A DNA stretch of 64,000 bases from Actinomycetes bacterium (lineage in GTDB: Bacteria; Actinomycetota; Coriobacteriia; Coriobacteriales; JAEZXW01): the NCBI GenBank assembly GCA_023419515.1, contig JAEZXW010000028.1, positions 6,411 through 70,410 on the forward strand. Direction: 5' to 3'. Both the position numbers and the translations under genes were made by a program. How positions within the stretch are numbered: position 1 is the stretch's first letter; each line of letters opens with the position of its first letter. The notes beneath the pieces are model-generated. The model ran no database searches. It was not told where the DNA came from and was given only the letters and a program-made list of their open reading frames with translations. Below are positions 52,566 to 61,817 of this stretch, piece by piece.

Positions 52566-53798
52566 CTAGAGCACAATTCCGTCGGCGGCTGGATTAGAGA
52601 TTTGATTTCTCTCGTTTTTAATGCGTTCAAGATAGGTTTGGCTTGATTGCTTGATGTGCTGAGCTGATTCATCATCACCCGCAAGGTCAATGGTGCGTTG
52701 AAAAAGCTGTTGCGCCAGATCGGCATCTCCTTGACCCTGCCACGCGACGATGGCTCGATAGTAGTTTGCCTGCAGATCATCAGGAGAGGTGGCAAGGGCG
52801 CTTTCAAGCTGCGTGACCGCCACATCGGTCGTGCCCGAGTAAAAGGAGAGAATACCGTAGTTGATTTTTGTGCGCTGGTTGTCCTCTCCCTGATTTAAGG
52901 AGCGTCGGTAGTAGTCACAGCCTTTTTGCGCAAAGCTCACTGCAAGCGCAGGATCCTTGGTCACGGTTTGCTCATAGAGGTTGAGGTAGCCATCACCCAT
53001 GGTGGCAAGTGCTGCTGCATCGGTGGGATTGGTCTGTAGCTTGACGAGAGCGTCGATGATGGTCGACTGATCCTCGGTCAAAAAGCTGCGATATTCGCTC
53101 GAGATCGTGATGGTGTTGGGCTTGCTCAGGATGCTTAAGTTATATGCGGTCACGACGAGGGTCGCGATAAAAATGGCACTCGCAAAGATCAGGATCATGA
53201 CGGCGGTGCGATGCTTTTGAAACGGTCTGATGATAAAGCGGCGCATAGGCGAGAGGTTGAGCTCATCGTCATGGCGCAGAGTTGCGATGCCAAGGCTTTG
53301 GGCTTTAAGCAGCATGTTGAGGTCATTGGTTACCAGCACAAGGCTTGGTTTTGAGCTAGCTGGCCCTGGCTGCTCGGGATCAAGCTGAGAGGCTTGCCCT
53401 GAGGCATGGACTTGCGTCGAGGCTTGCCCAGAGGTTTGTTCCTGCTTGGCATCGAGCTTTTGCTTGAGGCGTAAGGCAGCAACAAGGATTTTGTCATCAG
53501 GGTTTTTAATCGAGTAACCCTCAGGCATCGGGAGCTTGGTGTCAAAGGGCAAGACCGTGAGGGTGCCGCCTTGAGAAAGTGTTACACCATCGATCAAAGA
53601 TTGGCCATCACATAGGTCAAACAGGTTGCGTGTAAATTCGCGCCCTTTGTAGCGTGTATCAGAATCAGCGCGTCCAATCTTGACTTTATCAACCTCAGCA
53701 AGCACGGTGTCCGGAAGATAAACAGTCTTGTCAGCATAGCTTGCCAAAACGTTTGAATCGGTCAGGATGACGTTGGTGTCGAGTAGATAAACTGTCAC
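52566..53798 (-). CDS. Membrane-tethered PIN-domain protein: N-terminal PIN, one TM helix, C-terminal TPR-like domain
   Basis: PIN acidic residues are in place (VYLLDTNVIL; LAEVDK; LVLVTNDLNMLLKAQSLGI), interrupted by a low-complexity insert. The TM helix AVMILIFASAIFIATLVVTAY is preceded by RRFIIRPFQKHR. The C-terminus has TPR-like repeats (..GDGYLNLYEQ..AQKGCDYYRRSL..QANYYRAIVAWQGQGD..). Confidence 0.65.
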   Translation of the reverse strand: MTVYLLDTNVILTDSNVLASYADKTVYLPDTVLAEVDKVKIGRADSDTRYKGREFTRNLFDLCDGQSLIDGVTLSQGGTLTVLPFDTKLPMPEGYSIKNPDDKILVAALRLKQKLDAKQEQTSGQASTQVHASGQASQLDPEQPGPASSKPSLVLVTNDLNMLLKAQSLGIATLRHDDELNLSPMRRFIIRPFQKHRTAVMILIFASAIFIATLVVTAYNLSILSKPNTITISSEYRSFLTEDQSTIIDALVKLQTNPTDAAALATMGDGYLNLYEQTVTKDPALAVSFAQKGCDYYRRSLNQGEDNQRTKINYGILSFYSGTTDVAVTQLESALATSPDDLQANYYRAIVAWQGQGDADLAQQLFQRTIDLAGDDESAQHIKQSSQTYLERIKNERNQISNPAADGIVL

Positions 53799-53813
53799 GA
53801 GCTCACCGGAGCC

Positions 53814-56567
53814 TTACTTATCGGGAGTATCCGCTGGTGTATTTGCACCCACGCGGCTGGCATCTGGGCTGCCATCGGCTGCAGCGTCGCGGTCGCTGTC
53901 TGCGTTTGCATGCTCTGATGGCATTTCATTAAACGTACCACGCTCTTCAAGCTCACAGAGTTCTTTGTGCAATTTTTCCAGATCAAAATGGTGGTGTTCG
54001 TTGTGTCCTGAGGTTGCCTCGGAGGCATCACTGTGGGTGTGTTCGTTATCGCCGAGGGTCTCGATGATATCTTGAATGACTGGCGTATCTTCGGTCAGCG
54101 CCTCTTGATTGAGCGCTCGTGAAGCGCCTGCTGCCCTGAGTCGGCGACGCATCATGATAATGATGAGCAAAAAGAGGAGGATGCCACCTATAAAGATGAG
54201 CTTGAGGTCAACACGAGAGCTTTCGATAGGGATGACCTGTGTTTTTACGATTTCATTTTTGGCGCGAACCTCGATGGTGAGCGCATTTTTGTCGGGGTTG
54301 CCGCCCGCCGGACCGCTGTCGATCTTGATTGGGATCTGCAGGTAGTTGTCGCCTGCCTTGGTGCTTGCGGTCACACCTTCGATGTACTTTTGGTCGTTAA
54401 CCTTTACCTGCCCGGATCCATGCGCAGTGATGGTGAGGGTGAGCGCAATGTCGTTCACGTTTTTGATGACGGCGGGGATACTTGCTGTGTTGGAGTTGAG
54501 CTTGGAGCCTGGGCTTGTGATGGTGATCGAGTCAAAGATGTTCTGAACGAGATCGGTCACAGCGCGCGCTTGCTCCTCGGCTCCCTGGGGCTCATTAAGC
54601 GCCTGCCATTGAGCCGATGAAGCGCTCACAAAGTACTGCCAGGCAGTTTTGACTTGCGTCGAAAGTGGTGAGCTGGCATCTGCCAAGATAAGGAGCTTTT
54701 TATGAGCTTCTTTGATGGCTTGCGTCTCTGCATTGGATGGCTCATCACTTGAGCTGGTAGCTGCAGTATCTAAGCCATTTGTTGAGGTTGTTTGCGATGG
54801 TTGTTGCTTGGTATTTGATGTTGGGTCGATAAGATCAAGTTGAACCTCGGTTTTTTGATCAGCGATTTTATCGGCAAACTTGAGTTGTACGAGAGAAACT
54901 TTGCTCAAGAATTGGATGTTTTTGCGTAGGTTGCCAAAGGCTTCTTCATCACCCGTGAGCTGGGCGACTAAGACCATGGGGACATCGTGAACGGATTCGG
55001 TGGCTTGGGCGCTGGCGATCAAAAGGCTGTGCTCGGCAGCAAATGCTTCAATAAAGACGTCGTTTGATTGCGAGGTAAGCATTTTGCTGAGTGACTCAGA
55101 ATAAAGCACTGCATTTGTCTTCGCGTTGACCTGCAAGAACTTCTGTGGAGCATCTTGGGTTTGCGGGAGGATGATAAGCGGGACTTCCTTTGCCTCAAGC
55201 TCATAGCTTAGCGGGCGCGAGAGCTGATGAGCAGCAAGCAGTAGTCCCGGTTCAACCGAGAGTTCGGGTAGCGGACGGTCATCAAAGGCAGTTTCCTTAT
55301 CAGGGAGCAACATCGCCTTTGCTTCGTTGATGGCGCCAAGTGATTGCAGAAGATCGAGGTCAGGATAGCTTTCGCCCGAGCTTATCACTTTAAGTTTGCC
55401 GCTTTCGACCTTTTGCTGCATCTTGGCTAAGAGGTTGCGATAGAGTTCATCGGTCTGGCTAAGTGCCTGCCAGTCTCGTAGGGTGACCTGAGAAAACACG
55501 AGAGTAATGGGGTTATGGAGTTCGGGACCGGTTGTCTCGAGTAAGAGATCAAGCTGATGGGCAATGCGATCCGACCGCTTAAGGAGCGCGGACTGATCAT
55601 TGGCAGCAGCTTGGTTTGCGTCGTTGGGGGCGTCGCTGTTGTGCTGATCGTTAGCTGGCGCTTGATCAGTCGCTATCTGATCACTAGTCGCCCCTTGGCT
55701 GCCCGCGGCTGACTCGGCAGAAAGCTGCTTGGTTTGTGCATCTTGAGTTTGAGGGTCACCTTGCATCTGATCTTGCGTTTGACCCTCGTTTTGTCCCGCT
55801 TGAGTGGCGACGTTGTGGGTATCTCCTGCGACTGCCACCTGCTGATCGAGCGGATACATGAGAGGCGGGAGGCTGACGTTGATGAGGATGCCACCATCAA
55901 GCCTGAGCGTCGTGTCGTGCAGATAGGTCTTGTACACCAGGGTTTGCTCACGCTTGCCCTTGAGTGAGTTCAGGGTCACTCGGGTCTCAACGGTGTAAAT
56001 TCCCGGAGAGAGTTCTCGCGGGTTTCTGCTGTTGTACGCCGCATTTTGCGGAGCGAGTGAGGCGCGTATGGCGTGCTCGCCAGCTTCAGGATCATTCCAG
56101 CGATCTTGAGAGCGGGCAATCGTCGTGCCGTCGGTGTCGAGGAGTTTGACTTGCGAGGTGAGCCTCGTGGTATCTTCTGGAACTTCAACATTGATATCAA
56201 CGAGTAACGTATTGTTAATCTGCTGGGTGGCAGCAAGGGTTACCTCTGCCAATGAATCGCCTTCGCTTGAGATTTGAGGAGCAAGGGCGCCCTGGTATGC
56301 CTCGTGATTTGCATTGAGGTGCGACCACGCGATCTTGTATGAGGCGGGGGCTGCCAGACTTGAGTGCGGTGCAAGAGACGCCGCGCCCAGCACGGTCATC
56401 AATGCGAGGCAGATGGCGGTAAACATCAGTATGGCTTGCCGAGATGCCGACAAGAATCGTTGATATGTCTGAGTAATAATAGAGCCAGTCATTACGTGAT
56501 CTAGACGAGTAGCGTATAAATGAGTTGTCCTAGCGTAACAGGAGTGTTCCCGCTGGTGTATGCGCAT
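53814..56567 (-). CDS. Large type-I membrane ectoprotein (signal peptide, ~770-aa ectodomain, C-terminal TM, His/Asp-rich cytoplasmic tail)
   Basis: Signal-like region ILMFTAICLALMTVLGAASLAPHSSLAAPA. A Q/D/N-rich linker is present. The C-terminal TM helix LIFIGGILLFLLIIIMM is followed by RRRLR. The start is ambiguous (56567 or 56492). No family was recognised with confidence. Confidence 0.6.
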   Translation of the reverse strand: MRIHQREHSCYARTTHLYATRLDHVMTGSIITQTYQRFLSASRQAILMFTAICLALMTVLGAASLAPHSSLAAPASYKIAWSHLNANHEAYQGALAPQISSEGDSLAEVTLAATQQINNTLLVDINVEVPEDTTRLTSQVKLLDTDGTTIARSQDRWNDPEAGEHAIRASLAPQNAAYNSRNPRELSPGIYTVETRVTLNSLKGKREQTLVYKTYLHDTTLRLDGGILINVSLPPLMYPLDQQVAVAGDTHNVATQAGQNEGQTQDQMQGDPQTQDAQTKQLSAESAAGSQGATSDQIATDQAPANDQHNSDAPNDANQAAANDQSALLKRSDRIAHQLDLLLETTGPELHNPITLVFSQVTLRDWQALSQTDELYRNLLAKMQQKVESGKLKVISSGESYPDLDLLQSLGAINEAKAMLLPDKETAFDDRPLPELSVEPGLLLAAHQLSRPLSYELEAKEVPLIILPQTQDAPQKFLQVNAKTNAVLYSESLSKMLTSQSNDVFIEAFAAEHSLLIASAQATESVHDVPMVLVAQLTGDEEAFGNLRKNIQFLSKVSLVQLKFADKIADQKTEVQLDLIDPTSNTKQQPSQTTSTNGLDTAATSSSDEPSNAETQAIKEAHKKLLILADASSPLSTQVKTAWQYFVSASSAQWQALNEPQGAEEQARAVTDLVQNIFDSITITSPGSKLNSNTASIPAVIKNVNDIALTLTITAHGSGQVKVNDQKYIEGVTASTKAGDNYLQIPIKIDSGPAGGNPDKNALTIEVRAKNEIVKTQVIPIESSRVDLKLIFIGGILLFLLIIIMMRRRLRAAGASRALNQEALTEDTPVIQDIIETLGDNEHTHSDASEATSGHNEHHHFDLEKLHKELCELEERGTFNEMPSEHANADSDRDAAADGSPDASRVGANTPADTPDK

Positions 56568-56628
56568 TGATATTCTGTTGGTAAGCGGCAGATGATGGTG
56601 GGCGAGCTTAGCAAAAGAGGATGGTGAG

Positions 56629-57153
56629 ATGTTGAACGAGTTTGACGAACAATTTGCTCTCTACGAAAAACTTGCTATTTCTCGAGCTCAGCGCTTGCAT
56701 GAACTCAGCTCTGATCTGCGCGTGACAGGCTCTGCTGTGGGAAAGATTTTAGTGTGTGCATCGCATGAAACTATCCATGATGAGTCAATTGTTTATGCAC
56801 TCGAGCGGGCATTTTCCTCGCTGGGACACGAGTCAGATCAGCTGACCTATCTCTTGTATCAGTCGATCGATGATCCTGTGACGCTTGCTATTGAGTATAT
56901 TGATCCAGCGCTTGTGGTGGTTTTTGATGGCTTGCTGTTTTTTCACCTGACGACTGCCGAATCAGCAAACGAGACGCTCAGTGAGACCTCAAGTAAAGCT
57001 CTAACGAAGGAGCTAGCGATCGGGAGCTGTGGTTGGTTTCGAGCTCGTCGGGTGATCTATGTGGGTGACTTTATCGAAGCGGTCAAAGCTCAAAATGAGG
57101 TGCTCAAACGCGAAATTTGGCAGGCACTCAAGCAACACGCAGCTCATATTTAG
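56629..57153 (+). CDS. Hypothetical protein (174 aa)
   Basis: ORF preceded by AAGAGGATGGTGAG. No motif was recognised with confidence. Confidence 0.45.
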   Translation: MLNEFDEQFALYEKLAISRAQRLHELSSDLRVTGSAVGKILVCASHETIHDESIVYALERAFSSLGHESDQLTYLLYQSIDDPVTLAIEYIDPALVVVFDGLLFFHLTTAESANETLSETSSKALTKELAIGSCGWFRARRVIYVGDFIEAVKAQNEVLKREIWQALKQHAAHI

Positions 57154-57233
57154 TTTTCAAACTGGCTCTCAGAACTCTCTTTACCCATTCTCACCTGCGA
57201 CGTTGGCGGCTTATTCACAGGCTTAAGTAATGT

Positions 57234-57262
57234 TTGTGAAATATCGTAGAAAATCTTATAAA
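57234..57262 (+). promoter_or_regulatory. Candidate sigma70-type promoter of the dnaK operon
   Basis: TTGTGA-(17 nt)-TATAAA in an AT-rich stretch about 150 nt upstream of dnaK. Confidence 0.45.
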
Positions 57263-57294
57263 AAGAGACTTAGATTATGTATAAAATCGAATAC

Positions 57295-57316
57295 ACGTGG
57301 TATATGAATATCACGT
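57295..57316. promoter_or_regulatory. Imperfect inverted repeat downstream of the dnaK promoter (candidate operator)
   Basis: ACGTGGTATA-TG-AATATCACGT, with 8 of 10 arm positions complementary. It is not the canonical HAIR sequence. Confidence 0.3.
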
Positions 57317-57408
57317 TGCAGCGCCTCGCCTTATAAAGGCGGATCGTTGTTTTGAAATGAAACCTAAACCTTGTCTTACCACACAGGTGAATAAGGAGAT
57401 TGATGAAC

Positions 57409-59310
57409 ATGGCAAAAGTACTTGGAATTGACTTGGGCACCACCAACTCAGCAATGGCAGTGCTTGAGGGCGGTAAGCCTGAGATTTTGATCAACACCGA
57501 TGGCGACAGGACTACCCCTTCGGTCATCGGTTTTCGTAAGGATGGCGAGCGTGTTGTCGGCAAGGCTGCCAAAAACCAGGCAGTAACCAATCCGCAGAAC
57601 ACGGTTTACTCCATCAAACGTTTTATTGGACGCAATTTTGAGGAGACTGCAAGCGAGCGTTCGCAGGTTCCTTACGAGGTTGTGAGCGCGACTGGTTCTC
57701 GCTGCGCTGTTAAGGTTGACGACCATGAGTACACCCCAGAGGAGATCAGCGCAATGCTGCTTCAGAAGCTCAAGGCAGATGCTGAAGCACGCTTGGGTGA
57801 GACGATCAACGATGCAGTTATTACCGTGCCTGCTTATTTTAATGACTCACAGCGTCAGGCGACCAAGGACGCCGGCAAGATCGCTGGCCTGAATGTCCTG
57901 CGTATCGTGAACGAGCCGACGGCTGCTGCTTTAGCTTATGGCCTTGATAAGTCGGGCGACACAGGCAACGTGCTCGTCTTTGACCTCGGCGGCGGTACCT
58001 TTGACGTTTCTATCCTCGAGATCAACGATGGCGTATTTGCCGTTATGTCGACCTCGGGTGATAACCACCTTGGTGGTGATGATTGGGATCAGCGCATCAT
58101 CGACTGGCTCGCCGATAAATTCAAGGCTGATAATGGCATCGACCTTCGTCAGGATCCTATGGCGCTTCAGCGTCTTAAGGAAGGTGCCGAGGCTGCCAAG
58201 AAGGCGCTTTCGACCACCAATCAGACGCAGGTGAATCTGCCTTTTATTACCGCTGATGCGACTGGCCCTAAACACCTCGATTACACGCTTTCTCGTGCAG
58301 AGTTTGAAAAGATCACCCGTGATCTGCTCGATCGCTGCAAGACGCCAGTTAACACGGCAATCAAGGACGCTGGTCTTTCGATGAGCGAGATTTCTGACGT
58401 GATTTTGGTCGGTGGCTCAACCCGTATGCCAGCTGTGCAGGAGCTCGTCCGTCAGCTGACGGGCAAGGAACCCAACATGTCAGTGAACCCTGACGAGGTT
58501 GTCGCAATGGGTGCAGCTGTTCAGGGCGGTGTGCTTTCTGGCGATGTTGATGACATCGTTTTGCTTGATGTGACTCCGTTATCACTGGGTGTTGAGACCC
58601 TCGGTGGTGTGACTACCCGCATGATCGAGCGCAACACGACGCTGCCAACGAGTCGCACGCAGGTCTACTCAACGGCCGCTGACAATCAGACGTCTGTTGA
58701 GATCAACGTCCTGCAGGGTGAGCGCGAGATGGCTCGCGATAACAAGAGCCTTGGCCGCTTCCAGCTGACCGGTATCCCTGCAGCTCGTCGAGGTGTTCCT
58801 CAGATCGAAGTGACCTTTGATATCGATGCTAACGGCATCGTGAAAGTTTCAGCTAAGGATCTGGGTACCGGCAAGGAGCAACAGATCACGATTTCTGGCT
58901 CTTCGGCGTTGTCTGATGACGAGATTGATCGCATGGTGAAGGATGCGGAAGCTCACGCAGAGGAAGACAAGGCAAAGAAGGAAGAGATCGAGATCCGCAA
59001 CCAGGCAGATTCACTCGCTTATTCTATCGAGCAGACCCTCGAGGAGCTCGGTGATAAGGTCGAGGCAAGCTTGGCTGATGAGGCAAAGGCGGTTGTCCAA
59101 GAGGCAAAGGATGCGCTTGAGGGCGAGGATGTCGAGGCCATCAAGCAGGCAACCGAGAAGCTCCAGGGTATTGGCTATAAGCTTTCTGAGGTCGTCTACA
59201 GCTCCGCTCAGGCAGAGAGCGAGGCAGCACAAGAGTCTACCAAGGACGATGAACCCATCGAGGTCGATTATGAGGTCGTCGATGAGGAGAAGAAGGACGA
59301 CGAGAAGTAA
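57409..59310 (+). CDS. dnaK: Chaperone DnaK (Hsp70)
   Basis: [14 protein letters not shown].., [10 protein letters not shown], and an acidic C-terminal tail. The ORF is open from 57400. Confidence 0.95.
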   Translation: MAKVLGIDLGTTNSAMAVLEGGKPEILINTDGDRTTPSVIGFRKDGERVVGKAAKNQAVTNPQNTVYSIKRFIGRNFEETASERSQVPYEVVSATGSRCAVKVDDHEYTPEEISAMLLQKLKADAEARLGETINDAVITVPAYFNDSQRQATKDAGKIAGLNVLRIVNEPTAAALAYGLDKSGDTGNVLVFDLGGGTFDVSILEINDGVFAVMSTSGDNHLGGDDWDQRIIDWLADKFKADNGIDLRQDPMALQRLKEGAEAAKKALSTTNQTQVNLPFITADATGPKHLDYTLSRAEFEKITRDLLDRCKTPVNTAIKDAGLSMSEISDVILVGGSTRMPAVQELVRQLTGKEPNMSVNPDEVVAMGAAVQGGVLSGDVDDIVLLDVTPLSLGVETLGGVTTRMIERNTTLPTSRTQVYSTAADNQTSVEINVLQGEREMARDNKSLGRFQLTGIPAARRGVPQIEVTFDIDANGIVKVSAKDLGTGKEQQITISGSSALSDDEIDRMVKDAEAHAEEDKAKKEEIEIRNQADSLAYSIEQTLEELGDKVEASLADEAKAVVQEAKDALEGEDVEAIKQATEKLQGIGYKLSEVVYSSAQAESEAAQESTKDDEPIEVDYEVVDEEKKDDEK

Positions 59311-59385
59311 GGTCTTGACCTTGGATTGAAAGCGCGCGTGGATGAAGTCATTGCGTAGCAAGATGTGAGATAGATACTTGGTTGG

Positions 59386-59431
59386 TGCAAGGCGGCAAAG
59401 CATACGAGACGTGTGTTTTAGTCGCCTTGCA
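59386..59431 (+). other. Stem-loop in the dnaK-grpE intergenic region
   Basis: TGCAAGGCG (59386-94) and CGCCTTGCA (59423-31) form a 9-bp stem with a 28-nt loop. It sits just upstream of the grpE SD AAGGATGGAG. Confidence 0.45.
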
Positions 59432-59451
59432 AACCATATAAGGATGGAGAT

Positions 59452-60222
59452 ATGAAGACGTCGAACCAGACACAGACAGCCGCCGATCAGGAACACGTGC
59501 TTTCTGAAGAGGAGCAAATCAAAGAGGCAATGCGCCGCGGTGAAGAGGCAGCTCAAGCTGCAATCGAGGCAGAAGAAGCCCAGCGTGTTGCTCGTGAGGA
59601 AGAGCTTGCTGTCGAGGCTGAAGCTGTTGCCGAGGGTGGCGATGGCGCTGAGGATACCGATGGAGCTGATGGCACGGGCGACTCCGGTGACGAAGGCAGT
59701 TCAGAGCCTGACGTCGACCAAGCTGAGGTGTTAGCCGCAGAGCTTGCCAAGGCACAAGAGCGCGTCTTGCGTATTCAGGCTGATTGGGAAAACTTCCGTC
59801 GCCGCACTGAGGCTGATCGCGCCCAAGAGCGCGTGCGTGCAACGCAGCGTTTGGTTGAGGAGCTCTTGCCGGTGGTTGACGATATTGAGCGCGCGCTTGA
59901 TCACGCCAAGCAGCAGGATGATCAGGTCAAAGAGAACGAGGTATTCGCTGGGTTTGTGAGTGGTGTTGACGCTATTGCAGCCAAACTCATCCAGGCGCTG
60001 GCAAGCGTGGGTGTTCAGTCCATTGATCCAGCAGGTGAGCCTTTTGATTTGAGCTGCCATCAGGCAGTCGCTCAGATTGAGGATCCATCAGTCTTTGATG
60101 AGACCGTGCGCGACGTTTACCAAAAGGGTTATCGCATGGGTGATTATGTGCTGCGTCCAGCTATGGTGACCGTGACTCAGGGTGGCCCAGCACGCGAAAA
60201 ACCCGCAGGTGATCAGGAGTAA
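59452..60222 (+). CDS. grpE: Nucleotide exchange factor GrpE
   Basis: RIQADWENFRRRTEADR..LLPVVDDIERAL..YQKGYRMGDYVLRPAMV. Confidence 0.9.
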   Translation: MKTSNQTQTAADQEHVLSEEEQIKEAMRRGEEAAQAAIEAEEAQRVAREEELAVEAEAVAEGGDGAEDTDGADGTGDSGDEGSSEPDVDQAEVLAAELAKAQERVLRIQADWENFRRRTEADRAQERVRATQRLVEELLPVVDDIERALDHAKQQDDQVKENEVFAGFVSGVDAIAAKLIQALASVGVQSIDPAGEPFDLSCHQAVAQIEDPSVFDETVRDVYQKGYRMGDYVLRPAMVTVTQGGPAREKPAGDQE

Positions 60223-60266
60223 ATAAAGCGAACGCCGCGCATATCAGAGAGATGAGGCGATGATGC

Positions 60267-61226
60267 ATGGCAGATGCAAAGGGTTATTACCAAGCACTGG
60301 GAGTATCTGAGAGCGCCTCTACTCAAGAGATCAAAAAAGCGTATCGCGAATTAGCAAAGAAGCTTCACCCTGATCGAACAAAGGGAAACAAGCAAGACGA
60401 GGAGCGATTCAAAAAGGTCAATGAGGCCTACGAGGTGCTCTCTGATCCTGATAAACGAAAAGAATACGACGAGCTGTCTCGCTTTGGTGGCTTTTATAAC
60501 CAAGGAGGCGGATCAGGTGGATTCTCTTATCAACATGTTGGAACAGATGGATTTGCCTGGGATATTGGAGATATTTTCTCGAACATTCGACATGGCTACG
60601 GTGTCGCTGGCGACTGGTCTGGCAACTCTTGGAGTGCGGATGCACAGCCGCGCCCAACAAAAGGCCGCGATCTTACGGTTGTGCTGAGCATCACGTTTGA
60701 TGAGGCGTTTCAGGGAGTCAAAAAGACCGTAACGTATCGGATTCCATCAACGCGTGAAAAAAAGACGATGACAGTTGATGTGCCAGCTGGTGCTGTTGAT
60801 GGTGGTCAGTTGCGACTGAAAAAGCTCGGCGAATTTGGCACGCTTGGTGGCTCACGCGGTGATTTGATCGTCGTGACAAAGATCAAGAAGCACAAGCTTT
60901 ACGAGCGCGATGGCGCACACGTCGTGATGAAGCTCCCGCTTTCTCCGGCGGAGGCGGCACTCGGCGGAAGCTTTATGATCCCAGCTCCCTCAGGCAAAAA
61001 TGTTCGAGTAAAGATTGAGCCAGGAACTCAGCATGGAGCACAGCTGAGACTCAAGGGTCTTGGTGCTCCGCGCGTCAAGCGTCCGAGTGCTTCGGGCGAC
61101 TTGCGCGTTGTTGTTGAGATCGTGGTACCAAAAACACTTTCAGACGAAGAAAAATTCCTTTACAAACAGCTTGTTGACTTGCAGTCAATAGATGTAAGGA
61201 GCCGCTATTATGGCACAGCGAGATAA
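60267..61226 (+). CDS. J-domain co-chaperone, class II (CbpA-like; no zinc-finger domain)
   Basis: [31 protein letters not shown] (HPD), a G/F region, and two C-terminal beta domains. There are no CxxCxGxG repeats and no cysteine at all in that region. Confidence 0.8.
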   Translation: MADAKGYYQALGVSESASTQEIKKAYRELAKKLHPDRTKGNKQDEERFKKVNEAYEVLSDPDKRKEYDELSRFGGFYNQGGGSGGFSYQHVGTDGFAWDIGDIFSNIRHGYGVAGDWSGNSWSADAQPRPTKGRDLTVVLSITFDEAFQGVKKTVTYRIPSTREKKTMTVDVPAGAVDGGQLRLKKLGEFGTLGGSRGDLIVVTKIKKHKLYERDGAHVVMKLPLSPAEAALGGSFMIPAPSGKNVRVKIEPGTQHGAQLRLKGLGAPRVKRPSASGDLRVVVEIVVPKTLSDEEKFLYKQLVDLQSIDVRSRYYGTAR

Positions 61227-61815
61227 GGACAAGCCGCTCTACATGATCAGCGTTGCTGCTGAGCTCACCGGGCTTCATCCGCAGACCCTGCGCATCTATG
61301 AGGCAAAGGGTTTAGTGACTCCGCAACGCTCAAGCGGCAATACACGACTCTATTCGCAAAATGATATCGAGCGACTCGAACTCATCAGTAAGCTGACCGA
61401 TGAAGGGATCAATCTTGCAGGTGTGGTGCGCATCCTCGATATGCGTGAGCGCATGCAGGGGCGCGAAGCAGAGATCGAAGCGCTGCGCGATCGTGTCGCT
61501 GAGCTTGAAGAGCAGATGCATGAGTACAAGGTGCGTGCAACGGTTGCAGCGCTCTTGCCGAGCCAGACAAGCTCCACCCCTCCAGAACATTTGCTCGATG
61601 CCGGGCAGCGCCATGGGAGTCACGCCAGTCTCGCGCTCACCGCATCGCCAACGCTTGAGCCTCAAATTCCGTTGAGCTCGCACAATGCTCTGCATGATGC
61701 TGAACATGAACTAACAACGCAACAAGAAATAGGCGAGGATGCACTGCCTGTCACCCCGAGTGAGCAGGCAGTAGGCACGGTTGATGCCATGCAGGCCTTG
61801 CTCGGAAGGAAATAA
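61210..61815 (+). CDS. hspR: MerR-family heat-shock repressor HspR
   Basis: [51 protein letters not shown]. Its position after dnaJ matches actinobacterial dnaK operons. It overlaps the dnaJ-like gene by 17 nt. Confidence 0.8.
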   Translation: MAQRDKDKPLYMISVAAELTGLHPQTLRIYEAKGLVTPQRSSGNTRLYSQNDIERLELISKLTDEGINLAGVVRILDMRERMQGREAEIEALRDRVAELEEQMHEYKVRATVAALLPSQTSSTPPEHLLDAGQRHGSHASLALTASPTLEPQIPLSSHNALHDAEHELTTQQEIGEDALPVTPSEQAVGTVDAMQALLGRK

Positions 61816-61817
61816 CT

